From contig CAVSNV010000006.1 of the NCBI GenBank assembly GCA_963729485.1, positions 289,687 to 353,686 of the forward strand: a DNA stretch of 64,000 bases, read 5' to 3'. Made by a program: the position numbers and the translations under genes. Below are positions 1 through 8,431 of the stretch, piece after piece. Every line of letters starts with the position of its first letter. Position 1 is the first letter of the stretch. The DNA is from an uncultured Verrucomicrobiae bacterium. Its GTDB lineage: Bacteria; Verrucomicrobiota; Verrucomicrobiia; Verrucomicrobiales; Akkermansiaceae. The notes beneath the pieces are model-generated. The model saw only the letters and a list, made by a program, of their open reading frames with translations. It had not been told where the DNA came from and did not search any database.

Positions 1-289
1 TCATCTCCTTCCCACTGAAATCAAACTTTCCGGCCCTCCGGACGGAAGAAAACCCACCGTTATTCTCCAGTGAGAGTTTCCCGGTGAAAAACAGCGATCC
101 ATCCCGCACCTCCGGACCACCCTCTGACAGCCCTCCCATCACCCCGTCGTTCACGGCTGTCCATTTGGAGCCGGCCCCGTTCTTTTCAAAATCCATCAAG
201 GTCTTCATAGGCATTTTCTCCTCAGCCCCGACCGCTGCCAGAGATCCGAATGACAAGGCGGCAAGAGCGATTGGAAGTGAAAAACTCAT
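1..289 (-). CDS. CIA30 family protein (secreted; runs off the window edge)
   Basis: Manual translation MSFSLPIALAALSFGSLAAVGAEE...WTAVNDGVMGGLSEGG...FTGKLSLENNGGFSSVR shows the CIA30 motifs NDGVMGG and SLENNGGF. Confidence 0.85.
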   Translation of the reverse strand, partial: MSFSLPIALAALSFGSLAAVGAEEKMPMKTLMDFEKNGAGSKWTAVNDGVMGGLSEGGPEVRDGSLFFTGKLSLENNGGFSSVRRAGKFDFSGKEM

Positions 290-400
290 GCGATTAAAGA
301 ACCTCCCCTTACCCGAAACGCAAGGATGTATCCGGTATTTCCTCAGACTTCGGGCAGCCTGAAGATCTGGGATTCCGGTTGCCGACGACCGGTCCACAGC

Positions 401-790
401 TCAGGTATCCCACTCCCACGACTCCTTGACCTGGTCGATCGCACGCCTGTCTTTCTTCGTAGGGCGACCCTTCGCTGCCTCCTGGCGAGCGAGCTGCCAG
501 TTTTTCAAATTCTCGAAAACCTCCGGGTCCGTCCGGTCCTCGTAGCATGCTTGTGCCTCCGGAGCGCCGACCCGTTTCGCGATCACACCCTTCACAAGCA
601 CCTCCCGCAGCCCGGGCCCCTCGACGAACGGAATCTCCAGCACATCCCCGATCTGAATGGATGACGAGCGCTTCAGCACGTGCCCGTTGCGCTTCAGTTT
701 TCCGTTTCCCAGGATCTCCCCGGCAAGCGCCCGGGTTTTGAAAAAACGGGTCGCCCACAACCATTTGTCAGCACGTATCGAATCGGACAT
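401..790 (-). CDS. hslR: S4-domain RNA-binding protein, Hsp15-like
   Basis: RADKWLWATRFFKTR N-terminus and GRPTKKDRR C-terminal motif. Confidence 0.85.
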   Translation of the reverse strand: MSDSIRADKWLWATRFFKTRALAGEILGNGKLKRNGHVLKRSSSIQIGDVLEIPFVEGPGLREVLVKGVIAKRVGAPEAQACYEDRTDPEVFENLKNWQLARQEAAKGRPTKKDRRAIDQVKESWEWDT

Positions 791-873
791 CGTTCCGCGA
801 AGCTGGCACTTTCGGCCGGAAATCGCAAGCCACCCCTTGCTGCATTCGCGAACCGGCGCAACGTGACACGATC

Positions 874-1989
874 ATGGATTTCCCACCCACACGCGATGCC
901 GCACTCGAACACTTGCGAAATTTCCTCCCGAACGCCGCGAGCTACGCCTTGACCCGGAACTACGAAAAAGGCGACGTCTCAAGGCTATCGCCCTACATCC
1001 TCACCCGGCTCGTGACCGAAGCGGAAATCACCCGCTCCGTCCTCGCGGACCACGACCAACATTCCGCAGGGAAATATCTCCAGGAAATCGCGTGGCGGAC
1101 TTACTGGAAAGGCTGGCTGGAAATGCGGCCCGCCGTTTGGACACATTATCTGGAAACCCTCCAAGATACCGAAAAAACCTCGTCCTACGAAAACGCAGTT
1201 TCCGGAAACACCGGGATCGAGTGCTTCGATCACTGGAGCCGCGAACTGATCGAAACCGGCTATCTTCACAACCACTCCCGAATGTGGTTCGCCTCCATCT
1301 GGATCTTCACCCTGAAACTCCCTTGGCAGCTCGGTGCCGATTTTTTCCTGCACCACCTCCTGGATGCCGACCCCGCTTCGAACACCCTGTCATGGCGCTG
1401 GGTCGCAGGTCTTCACACTCCCGGAAAACACTACCTCGCCCGTGCGGAAAACATCAGGAAATTTACCGAAGACCGCTTCAATCCGGCAGGTCAGCTCGAT
1501 GAAAACGCGAGCCCCCTCTCCCGCGATAGGGAATTCGAAAAGGAGCCGCTCGACCTCCCGGGAAACCCCCGCCCCAAGGGTCGCACCGGCCACCTGATGT
1601 TTCCCGAAGACCTCTCTCCCGTCCCCAAGGAAATCGGCGAAATCCACGCAACCGCGGCCTTCATTCCCCCGTGCTTGGAGACCACGCCGCTTGTCACCAC
1701 CTTCTTAAACGGAGCCGTCAACGACACCCTCACCCGCACCCATGGCACCCGCCTCAGCGGCGATCTCCCGTCAGCCCTCAACGATTGGATCAGCGAGGAG
1801 AAACTCGAATCAGTGATCGTCTCCTACCCGACAGTCGGCCCGACCAGAGACTTTCTGGCAGAAGTTTCGCTTCCGGTCACGCTTCAGCCATTTGTCCGCG
1901 ACTGGGATCGCAGTCTGTGGCCCCACGCCACCGCCGGCTTCTTCAAATTCAGAAAGCACCTGCCCGAAATCCAAGTGAAACACTCCTGA
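874..1989 (+). CDS. DNA photolyase-family FAD-binding protein with inverted domain order (NewPHL-like)
   Basis: VSRLSPY, TGYLHNHSRMWFASIW, LLDADPASNTLSWRWVAG near the N-terminus; C-terminal WPHATAGFFKF. Confidence 0.85.
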   Translation: MDFPPTRDAALEHLRNFLPNAASYALTRNYEKGDVSRLSPYILTRLVTEAEITRSVLADHDQHSAGKYLQEIAWRTYWKGWLEMRPAVWTHYLETLQDTEKTSSYENAVSGNTGIECFDHWSRELIETGYLHNHSRMWFASIWIFTLKLPWQLGADFFLHHLLDADPASNTLSWRWVAGLHTPGKHYLARAENIRKFTEDRFNPAGQLDENASPLSRDREFEKEPLDLPGNPRPKGRTGHLMFPEDLSPVPKEIGEIHATAAFIPPCLETTPLVTTFLNGAVNDTLTRTHGTRLSGDLPSALNDWISEEKLESVIVSYPTVGPTRDFLAEVSLPVTLQPFVRDWDRSLWPHATAGFFKFRKHLPEIQVKHS

Positions 1990-2007
1990 AAAAGGTAGTC
2001 CCCGGGA

Positions 2008-2583
2008 TTACTTCACCCCGAACCAATCCACTTCGATCTCAAAAGGTCCGGCATTGCCATCCGCCAGAACCAATCCGATCTCCTCCACCTTGGAGAGATC
2101 GAGCGGAGGTCCGTCCAGATCCTTCCCACGCCAACCCGGCTCGAACGAATCGAACGGCACCTTCACCTCGATGAACTCCCCTTCCTTCGTTTTGAAATCC
2201 GCCTGATATCCGATTTCCGAGCCGTTGAAACGCGCGTCCGTCTCGATCCGCAGTTTGTATGTCCGCCCGTCACCTTTCACACGCATCACGAACCCTTCCT
2301 TCCCCGAGAAATCGTATTTCCTGTCTCCGGTTCTCAGCGAGGAAAAGCCACCATTGTTCTCCAACGAGAGCTTCCCGGAAAACACCAGCGAACCGTCCTC
2401 AATCGCCAGGCCGCCCTTGGACACCCCGCCCATCACACTGTCATCCACAGAGAACCATTCCGGCTCATCCTTTCCCCCGTCAAACTCCGAGATCATCTGC
2501 ATCTTCCCCGCCTCATCGGCAAAAGCGGGTGAAAAACCAGTGGCACCAAAACACACGATCCCGAATAGTGATGAAATTTTCAT
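2008..2583 (-). CDS. CIA30 family protein with signal peptide
   Basis: VDDSVMGGVSKG, GKLSLENNGGFSSLR, RVKGDGRTY; start placed at MKISSLFGIVCF. Confidence 0.85.
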   Translation of the reverse strand: MKISSLFGIVCFGATGFSPAFADEAGKMQMISEFDGGKDEPEWFSVDDSVMGGVSKGGLAIEDGSLVFSGKLSLENNGGFSSLRTGDRKYDFSGKEGFVMRVKGDGRTYKLRIETDARFNGSEIGYQADFKTKEGEFIEVKVPFDSFEPGWRGKDLDGPPLDLSKVEEIGLVLADGNAGPFEIEVDWFGVK

Positions 2584-2680
2584 TCCACACAAGAAGCCCC
2601 CTTCTACTGAAACGCAAACGCTCATCGGGAGCGATCCTCTTCTTGACTCCGCACCCACGAATCGCACCCTCACAGGTGTT

Positions 2681-3805
2681 GTGATCGCCCCGAAATCCTT
2701 CCGCCTTATCCAAGCGATCAGCATGTTTATCGCGCCCGAAATCCTTCGGGGAAATCCCACCGATATTTCCGAGGAACTCGCCAGGCTGAACCAACGTGGA
2801 AAGGTCCCCGCATTGGCCGCCGCAGCCGTGCTCAAGGGCGAGATTGTCGCAGCGGGAGCCACCGGCATCCGCAAGGTTGGAGATCCCACCCCCGTCACCA
2901 TCAACGACAAATTCCACATCGGATCCTGCACGAAATCCATGACCGGCACCCTTGCCGGGATACTGGTTTCCACAGGAGAAATCTCGTGGGAGACAACCGT
3001 CGAAGAGTCGTTCCCGAAGATGAATATCCATCCCGGCTACCGGACCACGACACTCTTGCAACTGCTCTCGAACAGCGGCGGAGCACCCGGAGAGATTCCC
3101 GACCGACTCTGGGAGAAAACGCTCGCGAACGTCGGGTCGCCGGAGTCCTCGCAACGAACCGATTTCATCGAGGCGATACTGAAAAGCCCGCCCGAATACC
3201 CACCCGGCACCCGCCGCGTCTATTCGAACGCGGGCTTCACCATCGCCGGAGCCATGCTCGAGAAAGCAAGCGGCGAATCCTTTCCCGACCTCCTCCGTAA
3301 TCGCCTTTTCGAACCGCTCGAAATGAAATCGGCAGGATTCGGCGCTCCCGCGACCCCGGGGAAAACCGACCAACCTTACGGCCATACGAAAAAGTTTTTC
3401 ATGACATTCCCGGTCGATCCCGGGCCGGACGCCGACAACCCGCCCGCCATCACGCCCGCAGGTCGCGTCCACCTTTCCATCCCCGATCTCGCGAAATACG
3501 TGCGCTTCCATCTCGGTTTCTCGGAAAATCCGCCTTTGAGCCGCCGGGAAATCGAGTTCCTGCACACGGCCGTCCCACCGGGCGACGACTACGCCCTGGG
3601 CTGGAACCTGCTGGAACGGGAATGGGCCGGCGGCCCGGTGCTCCAGCATAACGGATCGAACACCATGAACTACACCGTCATGTGGCTCGCGCCCGAAAAG
3701 GATTTCGCCGCCGTGGCCGCTTGCAACGACGCCGGCCCCCTCAGCCGCAAGGCATGCGACGAAGCCGTGACCTACCTGATCGGAAAATACCTGGAGGAGA
3801 AATGA
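2681..3805 (+). CDS. Serine hydrolase, beta-lactamase class C/esterase family
   Basis: FHIGSCTKS (SxxK), YSNAG and HNGSN motifs; start uncertain (GTG 2681 or ATG 2723). Confidence 0.85.
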   Translation: MIAPKSFRLIQAISMFIAPEILRGNPTDISEELARLNQRGKVPALAAAAVLKGEIVAAGATGIRKVGDPTPVTINDKFHIGSCTKSMTGTLAGILVSTGEISWETTVEESFPKMNIHPGYRTTTLLQLLSNSGGAPGEIPDRLWEKTLANVGSPESSQRTDFIEAILKSPPEYPPGTRRVYSNAGFTIAGAMLEKASGESFPDLLRNRLFEPLEMKSAGFGAPATPGKTDQPYGHTKKFFMTFPVDPGPDADNPPAITPAGRVHLSIPDLAKYVRFHLGFSENPPLSRREIEFLHTAVPPGDDYALGWNLLEREWAGGPVLQHNGSNTMNYTVMWLAPEKDFAAVAACNDAGPLSRKACDEAVTYLIGKYLEEK

Positions 3806-3850
3806 GAGTCCCCCCGTTTGACCACCCGGCCATCGCGACTAATCTCAACC

Positions 3851-4822
3851 ATGTCGCCCTCGGTTTTCCAAAACGCCTACCTCGGCTCGCTCATTGCGGA
3901 CGCCGCCTCCATGCCCGTCCACTGGTATTACGACCGCACGGCCCTTCGTGACGAATATGGCGAAATCACCTCCTACCTTGCCCCGAAGAACCCGCACACC
4001 GGGTCCATCCTCTGGCGCTCCGAATACACCGCATTGAATAAAAAGGGAGAAATCCTCCACGATCAGGCGCGGTACTGGGGCCAGCGCGGGATCCATTACC
4101 ATCAGTTTCTCGAAGCCGGGGAGAACACCCTGAATTTCCAGCTCGCCACCGAACTACTACGTCTATCGGAGAAAAACGGTGGTTACGATCCGGACGAATG
4201 GCTCGCCCGCTACATCGATTTCATGCTCAACCCCGACAGCCACCGCGACACCTACCTGGAGGAGTACCACCGCGGATTTTTCACGAAATACTCGCAGGGA
4301 AAACCTCCTCGGAAATGCGCGATCCAGGACGAACACATCGGCGGCCTCGCGCAAGTTCCGGCCCTCTGTCACATCCTCGCGGATCTCGACCTGCCCGAGC
4401 TGCGCGCCGCAGTGAAGCAACACGTCGGCCTCACCCATGCCCATGCCAATGTCCAGCGCGCCGCCGATACCTTGGCCCGGCTGCTTTTCCGCATCCGCGA
4501 AGGACACCCCCTGCGCGGGGCAATCCAATTCGAAGCCGGCGACTGGATCTCCGGAACGAAGGCCGAGAAATGGACCACCCAACCCGATACGCACGTCATC
4601 GGCCAGCGCTTCTCCCCCGCCTGCTACATCGCCGAGTCCATGCCCGCCTCACTCTATCTCGCATGGAAATACCACGACGATTTCGACGCGGGCATCACCG
4701 CGAATGCCATGGTAGGCGGCGACAACTGCCACCGTGGAGCCGTCGTCGGCGCCTTGCTCGGAGCGGCCAACCGTGTTCCGGAGAAATGGCTGAACGACCT
4801 CAAGGCATTCCACCAAGTGTGA
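3851..4822 (+). CDS. ADP-ribosylglycohydrolase family protein
   Basis: AYLGSLIADAASMPVHWYYD N-terminus and GGDNCHRGAVVGALLGA...VPEKW C-terminus. Confidence 0.8.
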   Translation: MSPSVFQNAYLGSLIADAASMPVHWYYDRTALRDEYGEITSYLAPKNPHTGSILWRSEYTALNKKGEILHDQARYWGQRGIHYHQFLEAGENTLNFQLATELLRLSEKNGGYDPDEWLARYIDFMLNPDSHRDTYLEEYHRGFFTKYSQGKPPRKCAIQDEHIGGLAQVPALCHILADLDLPELRAAVKQHVGLTHAHANVQRAADTLARLLFRIREGHPLRGAIQFEAGDWISGTKAEKWTTQPDTHVIGQRFSPACYIAESMPASLYLAWKYHDDFDAGITANAMVGGDNCHRGAVVGALLGAANRVPEKWLNDLKAFHQV

Positions 4823-4833
4823 ATGAAAGTGGT

Positions 4834-4883
4834 GGGGACCGCACGCGCCGTCGCGTGCTGTTTGCGGCGCCCTCGCCGCAAAC
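4834..4883 (+). repeat. REP-like double hairpin repeat (copy 1)
   Basis: GGGGACCGCACGCGCCGTCGCGTGCTGTTTGCGGCGCCCTCGCCGCAAAC; related to the reverse complement of 9676-9724. Confidence 0.7.
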
Positions 4884-4980
4884 GGGGTCGAACCTCCGGG
4901 ACGTCAGCGACCCGGATCCCCACGCGATCCCGCACCTTGAAGACCGGCCTTCGGACAGGCGGGCGGTCCACCCAGCACTT

Positions 4981-5250
4981 TCAATCGAACCCCGTTCCAC
5001 CAACCAGCCTGAGTTTCTCACTCCGAGGCAATTTTTTCAGCCGCAGCTCCTCCTTGCTCGCCTCCGAGCGGGTCCCGATCTCCTTCCGGAAAACGATCTC
5101 CAGCGGCAGCCTGCCACGCAGGTATTTCGCCGCCTTCGGCCCTTGGCTCTCATGTTCGGAAAACCTGCGATCCACATCCGTCGCGATTCCGGTGTAGAGA
5201 GATCCGTCCCCGCACCGGACCAGATACACCCACCAGACGGAATCAGCCAC
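4981..5250 (-). CDS. Small GIY-YIG nuclease family protein (UPF0213-like)
   Basis: WVYLVRCGDGSLYTGIATDVDRRFSEH...AAKYLRGRLP...E. Confidence 0.9.
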   Translation of the reverse strand: MADSVWWVYLVRCGDGSLYTGIATDVDRRFSEHESQGPKAAKYLRGRLPLEIVFRKEIGTRSEASKEELRLKKLPRSEKLRLVGGTGFD

Positions 5251-5334
5251 GCCCCTGTGCTACCACGGCGGCAGCCGGATGAGAAACATTTCGCCATCCG
5301 GGGACGTAGAGCTGTAGACTTTTCCAGAAACCGT

Positions 5335-6681
5335 ATGAAAAAACTCCTACTCTCCCTGCTCATCCTCTCCACCGCTTTGCCCGCGACCGCCGCGAAGCCG
5401 AATATCATCATCATCTTCACCGATGACCAGGGCTACCAGGATCTCGGTTGCTTCGGCTCCCCGAATATCAGGACGCCCAACATCGACCGCATGGCGAAGG
5501 AAGGCCGGAAGTTCACGAATTTCATGGTCGCCAGCCCCATCTGTTCCCCCTCGCGTGCCGCGCTGATGACAGGCTCCTACCCGAAGCGGGTCGGCATGCA
5601 CGTGGGTGTGCTTTTCCCGCAATCGGAACATGGGCTCAACCCCGCCGAATACACCATCGCCGACCATTTCAAATCCCTCGGCTACGCCACCGCCGCCATC
5701 GGGAAATGGCATCTGGGGCATCACCCGGAGACCCTTCCGATCGCCAACGGATTCGACTACTACCTCGGCATCCCCTACTCGAACGACATGAACCATCCGG
5801 AGAACAAGGGAAAGGTGAAGCCGGGCATCGACGAGAGCTGGTTGAACCAGGATACATATGTGATGGCATGGAGGACTCCTCTGATGGAGAATGAGAAAAT
5901 CATAGAGCTGCCCGCCAACCAGCGGCTGATCACCCGTCGCTATACCGACCGGGCCATCGAGTTCGTCACCGAGAACAAGGAAAAACCCTTTTTTCTCTAC
6001 CTCCCCCACAGCATGCCGCATATCCCGCTCTTCGTCCCGGAGGATGCCTATGATCCCGATCCGGAAAACGCATACAAAGCCGTCATCGAGCACATCGACG
6101 CGGAAGTCGGCCGTCTCATGAAGACCGTCGAGGATCTCGGTCTCGCGGAAAACACCTACATCGTCTTCACCAGCGACAACGGCCCCTGGCTCCGGTTCAA
6201 CAACCACGCCGGCAGCGCCCTCCCCCTGCGCGAAGGAAAAGGCACCACCTTCGAGGGCGGACAGCGGGTCCCCTGCGTGATGTGGGCGCCCGGCCGCATC
6301 CCCGCCGGCACCACCAGCGACGCACTCATATCCACCATCGATCTCCTGCCATCGCTCGCCAGCCTGGCCGGGAGCGAACTGCCGGGTGAGAACCGCATCG
6401 ACGGCATCGACCTCTCCGCCACCATCACCGGGAAGCCTACGGAAAAGCGCGAGGAATTCCTCTACTACAACAACGGCGGCGAGCTGGAGGGCTTCCGCCA
6501 GGGAGACTGGAAACTGCTTCTGAAAAAGAACGAGCTGCTCTTCAACCTCACGGAAAACATTTCCGAATCCAAGAACCTCGCCTCCGAACATCCGGAAAAA
6601 GTCACCGCGCTCAAGCAACGCATGAAGGAACTCGACGCCGAGATCACCGAGCACGCCCGCCCCGTCTGGAGGAAAAAGTAG
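5335..6681 (+). CDS. Sulfatase (formylglycine-dependent, arylsulfatase A-like)
   Basis: Signal peptide, KPNIIIIFTDDQG, CSPSRAALMTG (CxPxR), GKWHLG, FTSDNG. Confidence 0.95.
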   Translation: MKKLLLSLLILSTALPATAAKPNIIIIFTDDQGYQDLGCFGSPNIRTPNIDRMAKEGRKFTNFMVASPICSPSRAALMTGSYPKRVGMHVGVLFPQSEHGLNPAEYTIADHFKSLGYATAAIGKWHLGHHPETLPIANGFDYYLGIPYSNDMNHPENKGKVKPGIDESWLNQDTYVMAWRTPLMENEKIIELPANQRLITRRYTDRAIEFVTENKEKPFFLYLPHSMPHIPLFVPEDAYDPDPENAYKAVIEHIDAEVGRLMKTVEDLGLAENTYIVFTSDNGPWLRFNNHAGSALPLREGKGTTFEGGQRVPCVMWAPGRIPAGTTSDALISTIDLLPSLASLAGSELPGENRIDGIDLSATITGKPTEKREEFLYYNNGGELEGFRQGDWKLLLKKNELLFNLTENISESKNLASEHPEKVTALKQRMKELDAEITEHARPVWRKK

Positions 6682-6686
6682 GCAAT

Positions 6687-6766
6687 GGAGAACGGGTTTT
6701 CAACCCGTTCGAGCTGCCCAAGCAAATGGCTGAATCCTCTGCGAACGGGTTGAAAACCCCTTCTCC
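6687..6766. repeat. REP doublet (REPIN-like inverted repeat)
   Basis: Arms GGAGAACGGGTTTTCAACCCGTTCG and CGAACGGGTTGAAAACCCCTTCTCC are complementary at 24/25 positions; each arm is itself a hairpin. Confidence 0.8.
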
Positions 6767-6923
6767 GCATCCTCGCCGCGAACCTGCTCCACCCCTGGCT
6801 GAAACGCCGGGTAAAGGAACGCGGGCTTTAGTCCGCAGCCGCATCCAGGCGATCACTCCAGTAGTATCCGGCGTATCACTGCCGCGCGTCACGTTTTGTG
6901 AAATCGCCCGACTGTCTCCAAGA

Positions 6924-7493
6924 CTAAGGGCCAGACCTACCGCCGTCTGGGGAAAGCGTCATAGAAATAGCGCTCCGGGGTAAGGTCGATTTCAAGCAGA
7001 TGCCTTCCTTGGCGTCGCCATCTTCGTCTCGTTCTGACTCTTCGTTTTCAATGCGGTAGGTCTCCTTCCAAGCTGGCCACTTTAGACTCCAGAACTTGAA
7101 GTAGTGAATCGGTGCCATCGAGGCGTATCCAGACTCATAAAGAAACACTCGGGATCCATGCTTACTTCGGACAACCGCCTCCGTCACTCGGGGAGAATCT
7201 AGATCTCGTTTGAAGTTACCGAAGGCGGTCGAATCAAAATCAGAACATTCAATTTCGGTTTGCGTGCCCGATGTCTCTCCGACTAATCGATGTGTGGTGT
7301 AGAGATTCCAATCTCCATCTGACGCGAAGAATGAAACGAGGGGATACTCGTCATCGTAGAGCGAGACTTTCGATGCAATAGCATCATGGCATCGATCCAA
7401 CAGGGTCATCTCCCAGGAGCCTTCGTGCATGGAGGCTTCACGAATTACCATGAGGCATCGTTTACGAATGAACTGTGATTCGGAGATCTTCAA
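6924..7493 (-). CDS. Hypothetical protein (cassette-like orphan; C-terminal tail reads through an attC-like repeat)
   Basis: 189-aa ORF, visibly more AT-rich than its neighbours; no recognisable family. Confidence 0.6.
   Translation of the reverse strand: MKISESQFIRKRCLMVIREASMHEGSWEMTLLDRCHDAIASKVSLYDDEYPLVSFFASDGDWNLYTTHRLVGETSGTQTEIECSDFDSTAFGNFKRDLDSPRVTEAVVRSKHGSRVFLYESGYASMAPIHYFKFWSLKWPAWKETYRIENEESERDEDGDAKEGICLKSTLPRSAISMTLSPDGGRSGP
6955..7037 (-). repeat. Degenerate attC-like repeat B
   Basis: Minus strand TCAGAACGAGACGAAGATGGCGACGCCAAGGAAGGCATCTG...CGCTATTTCTATGACGCTT; 27/34 identical to the core at 7544-7577. Confidence 0.55.
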
Positions 7494-7501
7494 CTCTTTG
7501 C

Positions 7502-7585
7502 AACGTTAGAGTAATGACGCCCTGTGAACAGCTCGAAGATGATCAGACGGCTTCCTAGGAGTCACCATCTCCGCCTCAAATCTGC
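7502..7585 (-). repeat. Degenerate attC-like repeat A
   Basis: Minus strand GCAGATTTGAGGCGGAGATGGTGACTCCTAGGAAGCCGTCTGA...CTAACGTT; overlaps one ORF's stop and ends just before the next ORF's start. Confidence 0.55.
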
Positions 7586-7944
7586 TTCTTAGGTTCTGAG
7601 GATACATGGAGAAATGATACTGTGATGGCCGCGTAAAAATCCTTGTTTTCTAGATGAGCAATCAACTTTCCTAACTCGTTCTCCTGAAAACGAGCATATT
7701 CTTCGTCCTTCTCCCGGATGTCAGCGTCAGACCAAAAATGATCGAGATAGCTATACACCTCGCCGACACAATCCAAGTCCACCCAGTCAAGTTGCGCAAC
7801 TTCTCTCCTGGCCTCATCTGATGTGATCTCGCGAGCATGCACAGCTCTTAAAGTCGCGATAAGTATGTCGAGTTGAGCTTTCACGGATTTTTCTAGCGGA
7901 AGGTTGAAGGTATACGCGCCGGTGAAAAGATCGATTTTATCCAC
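7576..7944 (-). CDS. Hypothetical protein (cassette-like orphan, acidic and helical)
   Basis: 122-aa ORF, AT-rich, ...YSYLDHFWSDADIREKDEEY... Confidence 0.6.
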   Translation of the reverse strand: MDKIDLFTGAYTFNLPLEKSVKAQLDILIATLRAVHAREITSDEARREVAQLDWVDLDCVGEVYSYLDHFWSDADIREKDEEYARFQENELGKLIAHLENKDFYAAITVSFLHVSSEPKKQI

Positions 7945-7994
7945 ATGTCGTTTTCGAGGTTGGTTCGACTACAGATCCCTGAAACCTCGCCCGT

Positions 7995-8175
7995 TTAGAC
8001 CGTTTGCCAGAAGTTCTTGCATCGATTCCTCCTATAACCGAGGGGCGACTGGAACGAGGGACTTCAGCCCGCCCCAGTGCAACGGCTCAGTGCTCCGGGG
8101 CGAGCTGAAGACTCGCGTTCCATGGAATACAATACCCTACCAAGAAAACGCACGGACTTTTGGCAAACGGTATAA
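7995..8175. mobile_element. MITE-like element with 26-bp terminal inverted repeats enclosing a REP doublet (8051-8121)
   Basis: TTAGACCGTTTGCCAGAAGTTCTTGC versus the reverse complement of 8150-8175 (TTATACCGTTTGCCAAAAGTCCGTGC), 22/26 identical; TA dinucleotide at both outer ends. Confidence 0.6.
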
Positions 8176-8310
8176 GTCCGAGGCTGAAGCCGCCGAGGTC
8201 GAGGCGATTTTCGGTCAAACCTCCAAAGCGGCTCCCTGTCTTAAATCAGCAACTCCGGAGCGATGTTGAGTGCCTTGGCGGTGTTGCTGGTGCTTTTATG
8301 AAGAGGGATT

Positions 8311-8431
8311 GACCACGGAATACACTGAATACACGGAAAAAGAGGTTTTTAAAAAATGTCAGTATTCATCCGATATGCCCCGAATCGCTGCAGGAGTCTT
8401 CCCTTCCGTGTTTTCCGTCTTTTCCGTGGTC
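8311..8431. repeat. Inverted repeat built from 9-bp units
   Basis: GACCACGGAA-TACACTGAA-TACACGGAA ... TTCCGTGTT-TTCCGTCTT-TTCCGTGGTC. Confidence 0.75.

Noticed and set aside
4198-5334. N-terminal extension of the 827-aa sulfatase ORF
   Set aside because: It overlaps the ARH and GIY-YIG genes; the real start with a signal peptide is at 5335
6687-8431. CRISPR array
   Set aside because: The repeats are inverted or dispersed, not regularly spaced direct repeats, and no cas genes are present
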